Shown here: positions 8,071 to 17,333 of the stretch, piece after piece | How the letters are laid out: each line of letters opens with the position of its first letter | Numbering within the stretch: position 1 is the first letter of the stretch | Assembly: GCA_965261735.1 (NCBI GenBank) | Contig: OZ253470.1 | Location: 1,792,001-1,856,000, forward strand | Direction: 5' to 3' | From: Alphaproteobacteria bacterium | Lineage (GTDB): Bacteria > Pseudomonadota > Alphaproteobacteria > SHVV01 | Length of the DNA: 64,000 nucleotides | The notes under the pieces: generated by a model | Told to the model about the DNA's origin: nothing | The model's input: the letters and a program-made list of their open reading frames with translations, nothing else | Database searches by the model: none | Made by a program: the position numbers and the translations under genes

Positions 8071-10155
8071 TCAGTCCGCCAGGCAGATCATCGCATCGAC
8101 CGCGACGGCGCCCTCGCCGAGCGCGAGCACCGCCAGGGGGTTGACGTCGAGCGCTATCAGGCGGTCGCCGAAGTCGAGGGCCATGGCGGCGATGGCCTCT
8201 ATCGCGTCGAGCGCGGCCGCACGGTCGCCTGGTGGACCGCCGCGAAAGCCGGTGAGCAAATACGACACCCTGAGCGTATCGAGCGCCTCGCCGATCGCGC
8301 CCCGCTCGGTCGGTAGCAACAGGGTGCGGCTGTCCGCGACTAGATTGACCAACACGCCGCCGCAGCCGATGACGAGCGCCATGCCGAACCGCGGATCGCG
8401 TGTGACGCTGACGATCAATTCCACCGTCGCTCCGACGACCATTCGCTCGATGAGATAGCGGTCCGCCGCGTGCGCGGACCCGGCGAGCGCGGCGTCGATG
8501 TCGGTGACGGCTCGCGCTACCGCATCGCGCGCGTGAAGGTCGAGTCGGATCGCATCCACCTCGGTCTTGTGGACGAGCGTCTCGGCGACTGCCTTCACGA
8601 CGACCGGAAAGCCGATCTGGTCCGCTGCGTCCGCGGCGTCCGCGGCGCTCGCCAGCTGGCCCTCGGGGACTCCCACGCCGAAGGCGGCCAGCCAGCGCTT
8701 GCCCTCATGTTCGCCGAGGATGCGGCGTGTGGCCGGCAGTGGATTCGGCTCGGGCAGGCGGAGCCCGCCGGTGCCACCTCGGGCCGCAATCGCGCGGCGC
8801 TTGTCCGCGTACCAGGCGGCACCGCCGAGGGCGGCGCGCAGCTCATCGAGGCCCTGGAGTGGCGCGATCCCCTCCGCCATCAGCCGCTCGCGCGCGGTCC
8901 GCGGCAACCCCTCGGGCAGGGTGCTCGCGACCACGGCCCGCCGCCCGGTGCGCCGCTTCGCCGCGATGAAGGCGTCGCACGCGACGTCCCAATCGGCGCC
9001 GCCCTCGCGCGGATAATCGAGGATCAGCAGGGTCTGCTCGACCTCGCCCTCCATCATCGTGCTGAAGCAGCGCTCGAGGCCGGGCGCATCGCCCCACAGG
9101 GGGTTGTTGTAGTCGAGCGGATTGGAGATGGCCGCGAACGAGGCGAGCTGCTCGCGGAACGCGTCGGTCTGGCCGTCCAACAGCGGCGGAATCTCGAGCC
9201 CCGCGCGGGCGGCGAGGTCGGCCACCAGGGCGGCATCGCCGCCCGACGCGGTGAGCACGCCGAGGCGGCGTCCCTGCGGCGGGCCCGATATCGCCAGCAG
9301 CTTGAGCGTCTCCAGGAGCGCCGGGAGCGAGCCCACGCTGACGATTGCGAGGCGGTCGAACAGGGCCTGGTAGAGCTCTTCCGGGCCCGACAGAGCGGTG
9401 GTGTGGCTTAACGTCATCTGGGCGCCGATCTCTGACGTGCCGACCTTGAGGGCCACAATCGGTACGCCCTTGTCGATGGCCGCCGCGGCCGCGGCCGCAA
9501 ATCCGGGGATATCGCCAAGGCCCTCGAGGTAGAGCCCGATGGCGGTAACCCGCGGGTCCTCGAGCAGTACGCCTAAGTAGTCGGAGAGATCGAGGACCGC
9601 CTGGTTGCCGACGCTGATGACGTAAGCCAGTGGTACCGACCTGTCGTTCCAGGTGAGATTGAGTCCGACATTGCCGCTCTGCGAGAGGATGGCGACGCCG
9701 CGCTCGGCTCGCGCACCACCGTGAGGCGCCGGAAACAGGGCCACCCCGTCGAGGTAGTTGAGCAGGCCGTAGCAGTTGGGGCCGACCAGAGCCAGTGCGC
9801 CCGAGGCCGCCACCAGCTCGGCCTGAAGGGCCACGCCATCGCCACCGGCCTCGGCAAAACCCGCGGCATAGCAGATGCAGCCGCCCGCGCCCCGCGCCGC
9901 CAAGGCGGTCACGACGGCAACGGTTGCCTCGCGCGGGACCCCAACGAAGGCGGCATCGGGCGCGGCGGGCAGCGCCTCGATGCTGGGGTAGCAGCGGTGT
10001 CCCGCGATCTCGGGGTGCGTCGGATTGACGACCCACGTCTCGCCTTGAAAGCCCATCATCCGGCACTGGCGCACGGCGTCGGCCACGCCGCGTCCGCCGA
10101 CGAACGCAATGTGCCGCGGGTTGAGTAGCCGTTTGAGGTTGTCCCGCCGCTCCAT
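8071..10155 (-). CDS. NDP-forming acyl-CoA synthetase (acetate-CoA ligase family; CoA-binding plus ATP-grasp domains)
   Basis: LLNPRHIAFVGG, AAGFAE, GPNCYG, SQSGN, SHTTAL (phospho-His), HKTEV, LDVNPL. Confidence 0.9.
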   Translation of the reverse strand: MERRDNLKRLLNPRHIAFVGGRGVADAVRQCRMMGFQGETWVVNPTHPEIAGHRCYPSIEALPAAPDAAFVGVPREATVAVVTALAARGAGGCICYAAGFAEAGGDGVALQAELVAASGALALVGPNCYGLLNYLDGVALFPAPHGGARAERGVAILSQSGNVGLNLTWNDRSVPLAYVISVGNQAVLDLSDYLGVLLEDPRVTAIGLYLEGLGDIPGFAAAAAAAIDKGVPIVALKVGTSEIGAQMTLSHTTALSGPEELYQALFDRLAIVSVGSLPALLETLKLLAISGPPQGRRLGVLTASGGDAALVADLAARAGLEIPPLLDGQTDAFREQLASFAAISNPLDYNNPLWGDAPGLERCFSTMMEGEVEQTLLILDYPREGGADWDVACDAFIAAKRRTGRRAVVASTLPEGLPRTARERLMAEGIAPLQGLDELRAALGGAAWYADKRRAIAARGGTGGLRLPEPNPLPATRRILGEHEGKRWLAAFGVGVPEGQLASAADAADAADQIGFPVVVKAVAETLVHKTEVDAIRLDLHARDAVARAVTDIDAALAGSAHAADRYLIERMVVGATVELIVSVTRDPRFGMALVIGCGGVLVNLVADSRTLLLPTERGAIGEALDTLRVSYLLTGFRGGPPGDRAAALDAIEAIAAMALDFGDRLIALDVNPLAVLALGEGAVAVDAMICLAD

Positions 10156-10356
10156 CGTCGCCGCCCCGGGCCTTGGAAGGGGGCTGTTCGCGATCGCTCG
10201 CTTCAATGCCGAGCGCCTCGACTCGCGTCGCCTTCTTCTACCAGAACCGGTGTCCGAAATCCCTTACTCTCCTAGGGATACGGGCAAGAATATGTTCTTT
10301 TTTCGCAAATCTTTGTGTACAATAATCGGCAGCGTTTCCTGTCGGCGTACGTCAAC

Positions 10357-11517
10357 ATGTCCAGCGGCCTCGTACGAGGGGAGGGACCCCGGGCCTATCC
10401 GGCCCATCGCCGGATCGCGACGGCTATTTGCGGCGAGCGATCGGTCCACGTCAACGTGGGATGACGGCTGCGAGACAATTGTGGGTGCGCCGCGTGCTGG
10501 CACCCGCTTACGCACGAGCGCACCTTCGATCTTCTGTCGGTCCCGGATGACCTCGATCCGGTAGCGGTGGACATCACCGAGGCCGGTGCGCTGTGGGTGA
10601 CGTGGCGCGGCGATGGGCACGAAAGCGAGTACGATCCGGCGTGGCTGAGGCAGTACGGCTGTTCCGCCGAAGCCCGCGCGGAGAGCGAACCGGGCGTCAT
10701 TCTGTGGGCGGCGGAGCTGGCCGAGGGCCTGCCCACGGTGACGTACGAGGAGGTCGTCGCGGACGCCCCGGGTCTACTGCGGTGGCTCTACATGTTGCGC
10801 GACCACGGCGTCGCCTTGATGCGCGAGGCGCCCGTTGATCCCAAGGTCGTGGTGAGCCTCGCGCGGCGCATCGCCTACCCGCGGCGGACGAATTTCGGGG
10901 TTCAGTTCAAGGTGGTCTCGCGGGCGCGGCCCAACAGCAACGCCTACACTGCGCTCGCCACGCCGGCGCACGTCGACCTGCCGTACTATCGGAATTCTCC
11001 CGGCTATCAATTCCTGCTTTGCCTCGAGAATTCCGCCGACGGCGGCGAGTCGGTCTTTGTCGACGGCTTCAGCGTTGCGGAGACTCTGCGCCGCGAGGAT
11101 GGGGCGGCCTTCGACCTGCTCGCCCGAGTGCCGCTCGAGTTTCGATTTCGCGACTACGGCCAGGACATGCACTTCCTGAGCCCCGCGATCGTCCTCAACG
11201 CCGGCGGCGAGCTCGAGGCGATTCGTTTCAACATGGGAGTCATGGGCCTGGGGAGCGCACCGGCCGAACTGATGGATGATCTGTACCGCGCCCATCGCAA
11301 GTTCGCCGCGTTGATCCGCGATCCGCGGTTCGAGGTGCGCCTGCGGCTTGCGCCCGGCGAGTTGATCGCCTTCGACAACCGGCGCGTTCTGCACGGGCGC
11401 GGTGCGTTCGACCCGGCTTCGGGGCGGCGGCGCCTACAGAGATGCTACGTCGATGGCGACGAATTGCTCAGTCGTATTCGCACCCTGGAGCGTCGCCTCG
11501 CCGCCCGCTTGGACTAA
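10357..11517 (+). pseudogene. Gamma-butyrobetaine dioxygenase-like (TauD/TfdA family), 5' part disrupted
   Basis: ATG 10357 is in frame with LRDNCGCAAC (Zn domain), AHVDLPY, GGES, VDGF and FDNRRVLHGR, but there is an in-frame TGA at 10462-10464 and the WDDG motif is shifted out of frame. Confidence 0.75.
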
Positions 11518-11555
11518 CCGAGCGGGCTGGCCCACCCGGCCGCTCACCGCATAAA

Positions 11556-13199
11556 TCAGGGAGCGCCGCCACGCTTCGCCAAGACGCCATCGAGCCAATC
11601 GGGGTTCATCTCCGGCACCGAGGAGAGGAGCAACTCGGTGTATTCGTGATGCGGCGGGGTGAGGATTTCCTGCCTGCCGCCTTGGGCAACGATCTTGCCC
11701 TGTAGCATGACGACGATCTCGTCGGCGATCGCCTTCACGGTCGCGAGATCGTGGGTGATGAACAGGTAGGTAACTTGAAGCTCGTCCTGCAGCCTCTGCA
11801 GCAGCTTTAGAATCTCCTCGGCGACCAGTTGATCGAGCGCCGAGGTCACCTCGTCGCACAGGATGAGTTCGGGCTCCGCGGCCAGAGCGCGCGCGATGCA
11901 GACGCGTTGCTTTTGGCCACCGGATAGCTCTCCCGGATAGCGGTCGATGAAATCGTCCGGATCGAGCTCGATCATCGTCAACAGCCCTCTCAGCCGCTCC
12001 TCGCGCACATCGCCCTTCAGGCCGAGATAGAATTCGAGCGGGCGGCCGATGATCTCGCGAATCCGCTGGCGCGGGTTCAACGCCGTATCGGGCATCTGGT
12101 AGATCATCTGCATCCGGCGCAGCTGTTCGCGGTTGCGCCGGTCGAGCCTGGGCGGCAGCACCTCGCGCCCGTAAAGTACGCGGCCTTCCGTCGGCGGCAA
12201 CAGGCCGGTGATGGCGCGCGCGAGCGTGCTCTTGCCGCTCCCCGACTCGCCGACCACCGCCACCGTCCGCGCCTTGTGGATTTCGAGGTTGATGCCGTCG
12301 AGTACCTTGACCCCGCCGCCATAGCTCGCCGACACGTTCTCCACCGACAACAGCGGCCGCTCGTCCCCGGCCTCATCGGCTTCGGGCTTGCGGAAGTCAC
12401 GCACCGAGATCAGCCGGCGCGTGTACTCCTCCTTGGGGTGGGCGAGCAGCTCGCGGCCCAGGCCTTCTTCGACCAGGTGCCCGTGGCGCAATACCATGAT
12501 GCGGTCGGCCATCTGCGCGACGACCGCGAGGTCATGGGTGATGTAAATGGCGGCGGTGTCGAACTGCCTGACGACGTCCCGGATGGCGGCCAGGACTTCG
12601 ATCTGAGTGGTCACGTCGAGCGCCGTCGTCGGCTCATCGAAGATGATGAGGTCGGGCCGGCACGACATCGCCATGGCGGTCATGGCGCGCTGCAACTGCC
12701 CGCCGGACACCTGATGCGGATAGCGAAAGCCGATGTTGTCGGGGTCGGGTAGGCGGAGCCGGCGGTACAGCTCGACCGCGTCTTCCTCGGCCTCCGCGCG
12801 TCCCTTGACCCCGTGCTGCACGGGCGTTTCGGTGTATTGGTCGATGAGCTTGTGCGCAGGATTGAAGGCCGCGGCCGCACTCTGCGCCACATAGGCGATG
12901 CGCGAGCCGCGGAGCTTGCGCTTCTCGTCCTCGGTGGCGCCCCTGAGGTCGACGCCGTCGAAAAAGATGGACCCGCCCGAGATGCGGCAGCCGGGCCGCG
13001 CGAAGCCCATAGCGGCGATGCCGATGGTCGATTTGCCGGCGCCCGACTCGCCGATCAGGCCCAGGACCTCGCCGCGCCGTAGCACGACGTCGACGCCATG
13101 GACGATCTCGCTCCACTGATCGTCGGACAGACCCTCGATTTTGAGGTCCCGCATTTCGAGCAGGATGTCGTCGTCGCTGCCCCCGCCCTTAGTGCTCAT
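11556..13199 (-). CDS. ABC transporter ATP-binding protein, double domain (DppD/F-like)
   Basis: Two Walker A motifs (GESGAGKST, GESGSGKST), two SGGQ signatures, DEPTTALD and DEVTSALD. Confidence 0.95.
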   Translation of the reverse strand: MSTKGGGSDDDILLEMRDLKIEGLSDDQWSEIVHGVDVVLRRGEVLGLIGESGAGKSTIGIAAMGFARPGCRISGGSIFFDGVDLRGATEDEKRKLRGSRIAYVAQSAAAAFNPAHKLIDQYTETPVQHGVKGRAEAEEDAVELYRRLRLPDPDNIGFRYPHQVSGGQLQRAMTAMAMSCRPDLIIFDEPTTALDVTTQIEVLAAIRDVVRQFDTAAIYITHDLAVVAQMADRIMVLRHGHLVEEGLGRELLAHPKEEYTRRLISVRDFRKPEADEAGDERPLLSVENVSASYGGGVKVLDGINLEIHKARTVAVVGESGSGKSTLARAITGLLPPTEGRVLYGREVLPPRLDRRNREQLRRMQMIYQMPDTALNPRQRIREIIGRPLEFYLGLKGDVREERLRGLLTMIELDPDDFIDRYPGELSGGQKQRVCIARALAAEPELILCDEVTSALDQLVAEEILKLLQRLQDELQVTYLFITHDLATVKAIADEIVVMLQGKIVAQGGRQEILTPPHHEYTELLLSSVPEMNPDWLDGVLAKRGGAP

Positions 13200-14364
13200 C
13201 GCGCAACCCGCTCGTTATGTTGAGGAACCAGTCGACCACGAAGTTGACACCGACCGTCAACAGGGCGATGGCGGCTGCCGGCAGCAACGGCGTTATGTCG
13301 CCGTAGGTGATCAGCGTCGCATTGTCGCGCACCATGCTGCCCCAGTCGGCGTCCGGCGGCTGAACCCCGAGGCCGAGAAAGCTCAGCGCGCTGAGGAACA
13401 GGAACACGAAACAGAAGCGCAGCCCGAACTCCGCCACCAGGGGCGCCATCGAATTGGGCAGCACCTCGCGGCGAATGATCCACCACAGGCCCTCACCGCG
13501 CAAACGCGCGACCTCGACATAGTCCATGACCACGACGTTCATGCCGACGGCGCGGGCGAGTCGGAAGACACGCGTCGAATCGAGGAAGCCGATGACCAGG
13601 ATCAGAACCGGAATCGACGTGCCGAAAATGGTGAGGAGCAGCAGCGCGAAGATCAATGAGGGGATCGCCATCACCACGTCGACGAGGCGGCCCAAAACCT
13701 GGTCGACCCAGCCGCCCACCGCGGCCGCCAGGAACCCGCCGAAGGCACCGACGAAGAAAGCGAGGCAGGTCGTGAGGAAGGCGATGCCAATGGTGTTGCG
13801 CGCCCCGTAGATGAGACGCGTGAAGGTGTCGCGGCCGAGATTGTCGGTGCCGAGCAGGAACTGCGCGCTCCACGGCTCATAGGGCGAGCCCACCACTTCG
13901 GTTTGGCCGTACGGCGCGATGATCGGTGCCGTTGCGGCAATGATGATGTACAGCAGGATAACCACGAGCCCGAACCAAGCCGACAGCGGCGCCCGGCTCA
14001 GCCCGCGCCAGAACTGGACGGCGGCAAAGGCGTACATCTGGACCAAAACGAGGCCGATGAACGTGGACCAGGGCCAGGCGCTGAACGTGTCCCAGAACAG
14101 GGCGGCGATGAGCACATATTCGAGGGTCAGCGCGACGATGGCCGTATCGCCCGCGGCCGAGCGCTTCAGGTTGCCCCACAGGCGCAGCACCCACCAGGTG
14201 TAGGCGTGGATGGCCAGAAAGCCCACCACCGCCGCCCAGGTGGCCTCGCGCACGTTCTGCAGGAACAGTACGAGCACGAAGAAGTGCACGGCCGTGACCG
14301 CAAGCCGGCTGGCCCAGGGCGAGGGCTGGGCCGGGAGCGGGCTCTCTAAGGCTACCGTCGTCAT
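13189..14364 (-). CDS. ABC transporter permease (DppC-like) with long hydrophobic N-terminal extension
   Basis: LLGTDNLGRD, EAA-loop region YVEVARLRGE, LSFLGLGVQPPDADWG. Confidence 0.92.
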   Translation of the reverse strand: MTTVALESPLPAQPSPWASRLAVTAVHFFVLVLFLQNVREATWAAVVGFLAIHAYTWWVLRLWGNLKRSAAGDTAIVALTLEYVLIAALFWDTFSAWPWSTFIGLVLVQMYAFAAVQFWRGLSRAPLSAWFGLVVILLYIIIAATAPIIAPYGQTEVVGSPYEPWSAQFLLGTDNLGRDTFTRLIYGARNTIGIAFLTTCLAFFVGAFGGFLAAAVGGWVDQVLGRLVDVVMAIPSLIFALLLLTIFGTSIPVLILVIGFLDSTRVFRLARAVGMNVVVMDYVEVARLRGEGLWWIIRREVLPNSMAPLVAEFGLRFCFVFLFLSALSFLGLGVQPPDADWGSMVRDNATLITYGDITPLLPAAAIALLTVGVNFVVDWFLNITSGLRDEH

Positions 14365-14377
14365 CGCTTTCCGCCCT

Positions 14378-15334
14378 TCAGCGCGGATGCATGAGCCGGG
14401 GGTTTGTCATGATCGACAACACATCGGCCGTGAGGTTGAGCAGGATGTAGGTCGCGGCGAAGATCAGGCTGCTCGCCTGAACCACGGGAATGTCGCGCTT
14501 GGACACGGAATCCACGAGCAGCTGGCCGAGCCCGGGATAGACGAACACCACTTCGACGATGACGACGCCGACCACCAGGTAGGCGAGGTTGATGACGATC
14601 ACGTTGATGATTGGCGCGAGCGCGTTGGGCAGCGCGTGCCGGACGATGATGTGCGAGCGCCGCAACCCCTTCAGCGCCGCCATCTCGATGTAGGTGCTGG
14701 CGAGGAGATTGATGATCGCCGCGCGTGTCATGCGCATCATGTGGGCGACGACGACGAGCGTGAGCGTGAAAGCGGGCAGCGCGCTTCGGTAGGCGCGATC
14801 CCAGAACCCTAGTTCGTCGCCGATGTTCGAGATGCTCGGGAAGACGCCGAGCTGGACGGCGAGGAAAAGGATGAGGATGTAGGCGATGAAGAACTCGGGG
14901 AAGGAGATCGAGCTCAACGTCATAACGTTGACGGCGCGATCGAAGATGCTGTTGCGGTAGAGCGCGGCGAGCACACCTAGCGTCACCGCCAGCGGCACCG
15001 AGATGATCGCGGCCAGCGCCCCGAGGAAGAGGGTATTGCCGAGCCGCCCGCCAATGAGCTCGGAAATCTCGCGCTGGTTGGCCAGCGACTTGCCCATATC
15101 GCCCTGCAGCATGCCGAACAGCCACTCGATGTAGCGCTGCCACGCCGGTAGATCGAGTCTGAGCTCGCGCCGAAAGGCTTCGACCGTCTCGGCCGTCGCC
15201 GCCTGACCGAGGATAGCCTGCGCCAAATCCCCGGGCAGGAGCTCGACGCTGATAAAGATGATCAGCGATACGACGAACAGGGTCAGGAGGCCCAGCGCCA
15301 AGCGCTGGGCCACCATCTTCAGTATCTTGTCCAT
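14378..15334 (-). CDS. ABC transporter permease (DppB-like)
   Basis: LPGDLA, LQGDMGKS, YIEMAALKGL, RHALPNAL, VFVYPGLG, RDIPVVQ. Confidence 0.95.
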   Translation of the reverse strand: MDKILKMVAQRLALGLLTLFVVSLIIFISVELLPGDLAQAILGQAATAETVEAFRRELRLDLPAWQRYIEWLFGMLQGDMGKSLANQREISELIGGRLGNTLFLGALAAIISVPLAVTLGVLAALYRNSIFDRAVNVMTLSSISFPEFFIAYILILFLAVQLGVFPSISNIGDELGFWDRAYRSALPAFTLTLVVVAHMMRMTRAAIINLLASTYIEMAALKGLRRSHIIVRHALPNALAPIINVIVINLAYLVVGVVIVEVVFVYPGLGQLLVDSVSKRDIPVVQASSLIFAATYILLNLTADVLSIMTNPRLMHPR

Positions 15335-15360
15335 AGGACCCGCTGCTTATTCGGGCGGGC

Positions 15361-16947
15361 CTATGCGAACCACCAGCGCTCCATGCCTCTCATACTGTCG
15401 AGATCCATGTTCGCGCCCATCTCGTCGTGCTCGACCTTCTTGGACATGGCGAACACGTAGTTGGCGAACATCGGAATAACGACGCCGCCTTCGTCGCTGA
15501 CGATCTGCTGCATCTCGCCGTACTGGGCGCGCCGCTTGGCCTGGTCGAGCTCGGCACGAGCGGCAACCAGCAGCTCGTTGAAGCGGGCGTGGGACCAGAA
15601 GCTGTCGTTCCAGGGGGAGTCGCTCGCGTAGGCGGTCGAGAACATCAGATCCTCGGTCGGGCGGCCACCCCAGTACACCGCACACCACGGCTTTTTCATC
15701 CACACGTTGTTCCAGTAGCCGTCGTTGGGCTCGCGGATCACGTTGATCTCGATTCCGGCCTTGGCTGCGTGCTCCTTGTAAAGCACCGCCGCATCGACGG
15801 CACCGGCGAACGCCGCGTCGGCCGCGCTCAAATCGAGCTTGAGGCTGCTCATGCCGGCCTTCTTGAGATGGAACTTAGCCTTGTCCAGATCGTACGTGCG
15901 CTGTGGCAGGTCCGTTGCATGGAACGGGTTGGAACGGCCAATCGGGTGGTCGTTGCCGAGCACGCCGTGGCCGAGCAGGATCGTCTTGAGTAGTGCCTCG
16001 CGGTCGAGCCCGTACTTGAGCGCGAGCCGTACGTCGTTGTTGTCGAACGGCGGCGTATCCGTTCGCATCGCGAACGTATAGTGCTGGGTGCCGCTCGTCT
16101 CCTCGATGCGGAGTTTCCGGTTGCGCCCGAGCAGGTGCACCGTCTTGAGGTCGGCCCGGTCCATGGCGTCGACCTCGCCGGTCGTCAGGGCATTGGTACG
16201 CGCCGTTACGTCGGTGACGGAAAGCACCTCGGCCTCGTCGAAGTGGGCCCGGCCCTGCTTCCAGTAGTTGAGATTGCGCTTGAACGTCGCACGCACGCCG
16301 GGCTCGAAGCTCGCAAGCGCGTAGCCCCCCGTCCCCACGCCCGAGTTGGGATCGAGCTGGCCGTCTTTCGCCGGCATCATCGCCACGTGATAGTCGGTGA
16401 GGATGAAGGGAAAGTCGGCGTTGCCCGCCTTGAGCTTAAAGATCACCGTGTTCTTGTCGTCGGCCTTGACCTCGTCGATCGCAGAGAGAATGGCCTTGGC
16501 CGCGGATTTCGAGTCCTTGCCGAGGTGATGGTTGATGGAGGCCACGACATCGTCCGCATCCATCGTCTTGCCGTTATGGAATTCGACGCCGCGCTGGAGC
16601 TTGAACGCCCACGTGACGGCGTCCTCCGTGGCTTCCCAGGCCTCGGCCAGCTCGGGCACGACCTTGCCGGCACTGCTCACTTCGGTCAGGTTGTTGCGCA
16701 GGCCGAAGCCCGTGAACTGCGTGAAGTTTTGCAGGAAAGTGCCGGGGTCGAGCGTATCGGTTGTCGACCCGGCGCCGATGGCGATGCGCAGGCGGCCGCC
16801 CTTCTTGGGCGCGGCCTTCAGCGCCTTGCTCGCGACGCTCGTCGCGGCCGCCACCGTGGCTCCAAGAGCCACCGCGCGCCCCATGAACTCGCGCCGGCCG
16901 ATTTTGCCCTGCCGCAGCAGACTTGCGTAGTGATTGAGCTCCTTCAT
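15361..16947 (-). CDS. ABC transporter substrate-binding protein, family 5, with Tat signal peptide
   Basis: GRREFM twin-arginine signal; PKKGGRLR, PELAEAWE, GVEFHNGKTMDADDV, GTGGY. Confidence 0.93.
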   Translation of the reverse strand: MKELNHYASLLRQGKIGRREFMGRAVALGATVAAATSVASKALKAAPKKGGRLRIAIGAGSTTDTLDPGTFLQNFTQFTGFGLRNNLTEVSSAGKVVPELAEAWEATEDAVTWAFKLQRGVEFHNGKTMDADDVVASINHHLGKDSKSAAKAILSAIDEVKADDKNTVIFKLKAGNADFPFILTDYHVAMMPAKDGQLDPNSGVGTGGYALASFEPGVRATFKRNLNYWKQGRAHFDEAEVLSVTDVTARTNALTTGEVDAMDRADLKTVHLLGRNRKLRIEETSGTQHYTFAMRTDTPPFDNNDVRLALKYGLDREALLKTILLGHGVLGNDHPIGRSNPFHATDLPQRTYDLDKAKFHLKKAGMSSLKLDLSAADAAFAGAVDAAVLYKEHAAKAGIEINVIREPNDGYWNNVWMKKPWCAVYWGGRPTEDLMFSTAYASDSPWNDSFWSHARFNELLVAARAELDQAKRRAQYGEMQQIVSDEGGVVIPMFANYVFAMSKKVEHDEMGANMDLDSMRGMERWWFA

Positions 16948-17333
16948 GTGCTCGGTCCTCCCTTAATTTGCGTCGCGCCTGGAGCCGCCGGCAATGATGC
17001 TTATTCCGCCGGCGTTGCAATCCGGCTCATTCCAAATCGTTGCGCCCATGACCCAAACCCGCGCGGCGGGTTCGATAACTGGCCGGCTAACAACGATTCC
17101 CGAACACTCAACAGCACTGCCGCTGGTTGAAACTCAGGGAGTGCACGGGTCAGGACTGGCCCCCTAGATATGCGATTCAACCACAAACCGCCGAGGCAGG
17201 CAACACGCCGGCGGTTTGGCGGTCTCCCGCGCCGTTGTATGAATGGCCTCGTCGGGGTTTGCTCGATATCCCGACGAGACAGGAGCCAGAGCCGGTTAGG
17301 ACCAGTCGATTTCTTTTGTTAGGCTAGCGGCTC

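Noticed and set aside
10462-10464. In-frame TGA as selenocysteine
   Set aside because: It arises from a shifted WDDG motif and does not align with a Cys position; no convincing SECIS follows.
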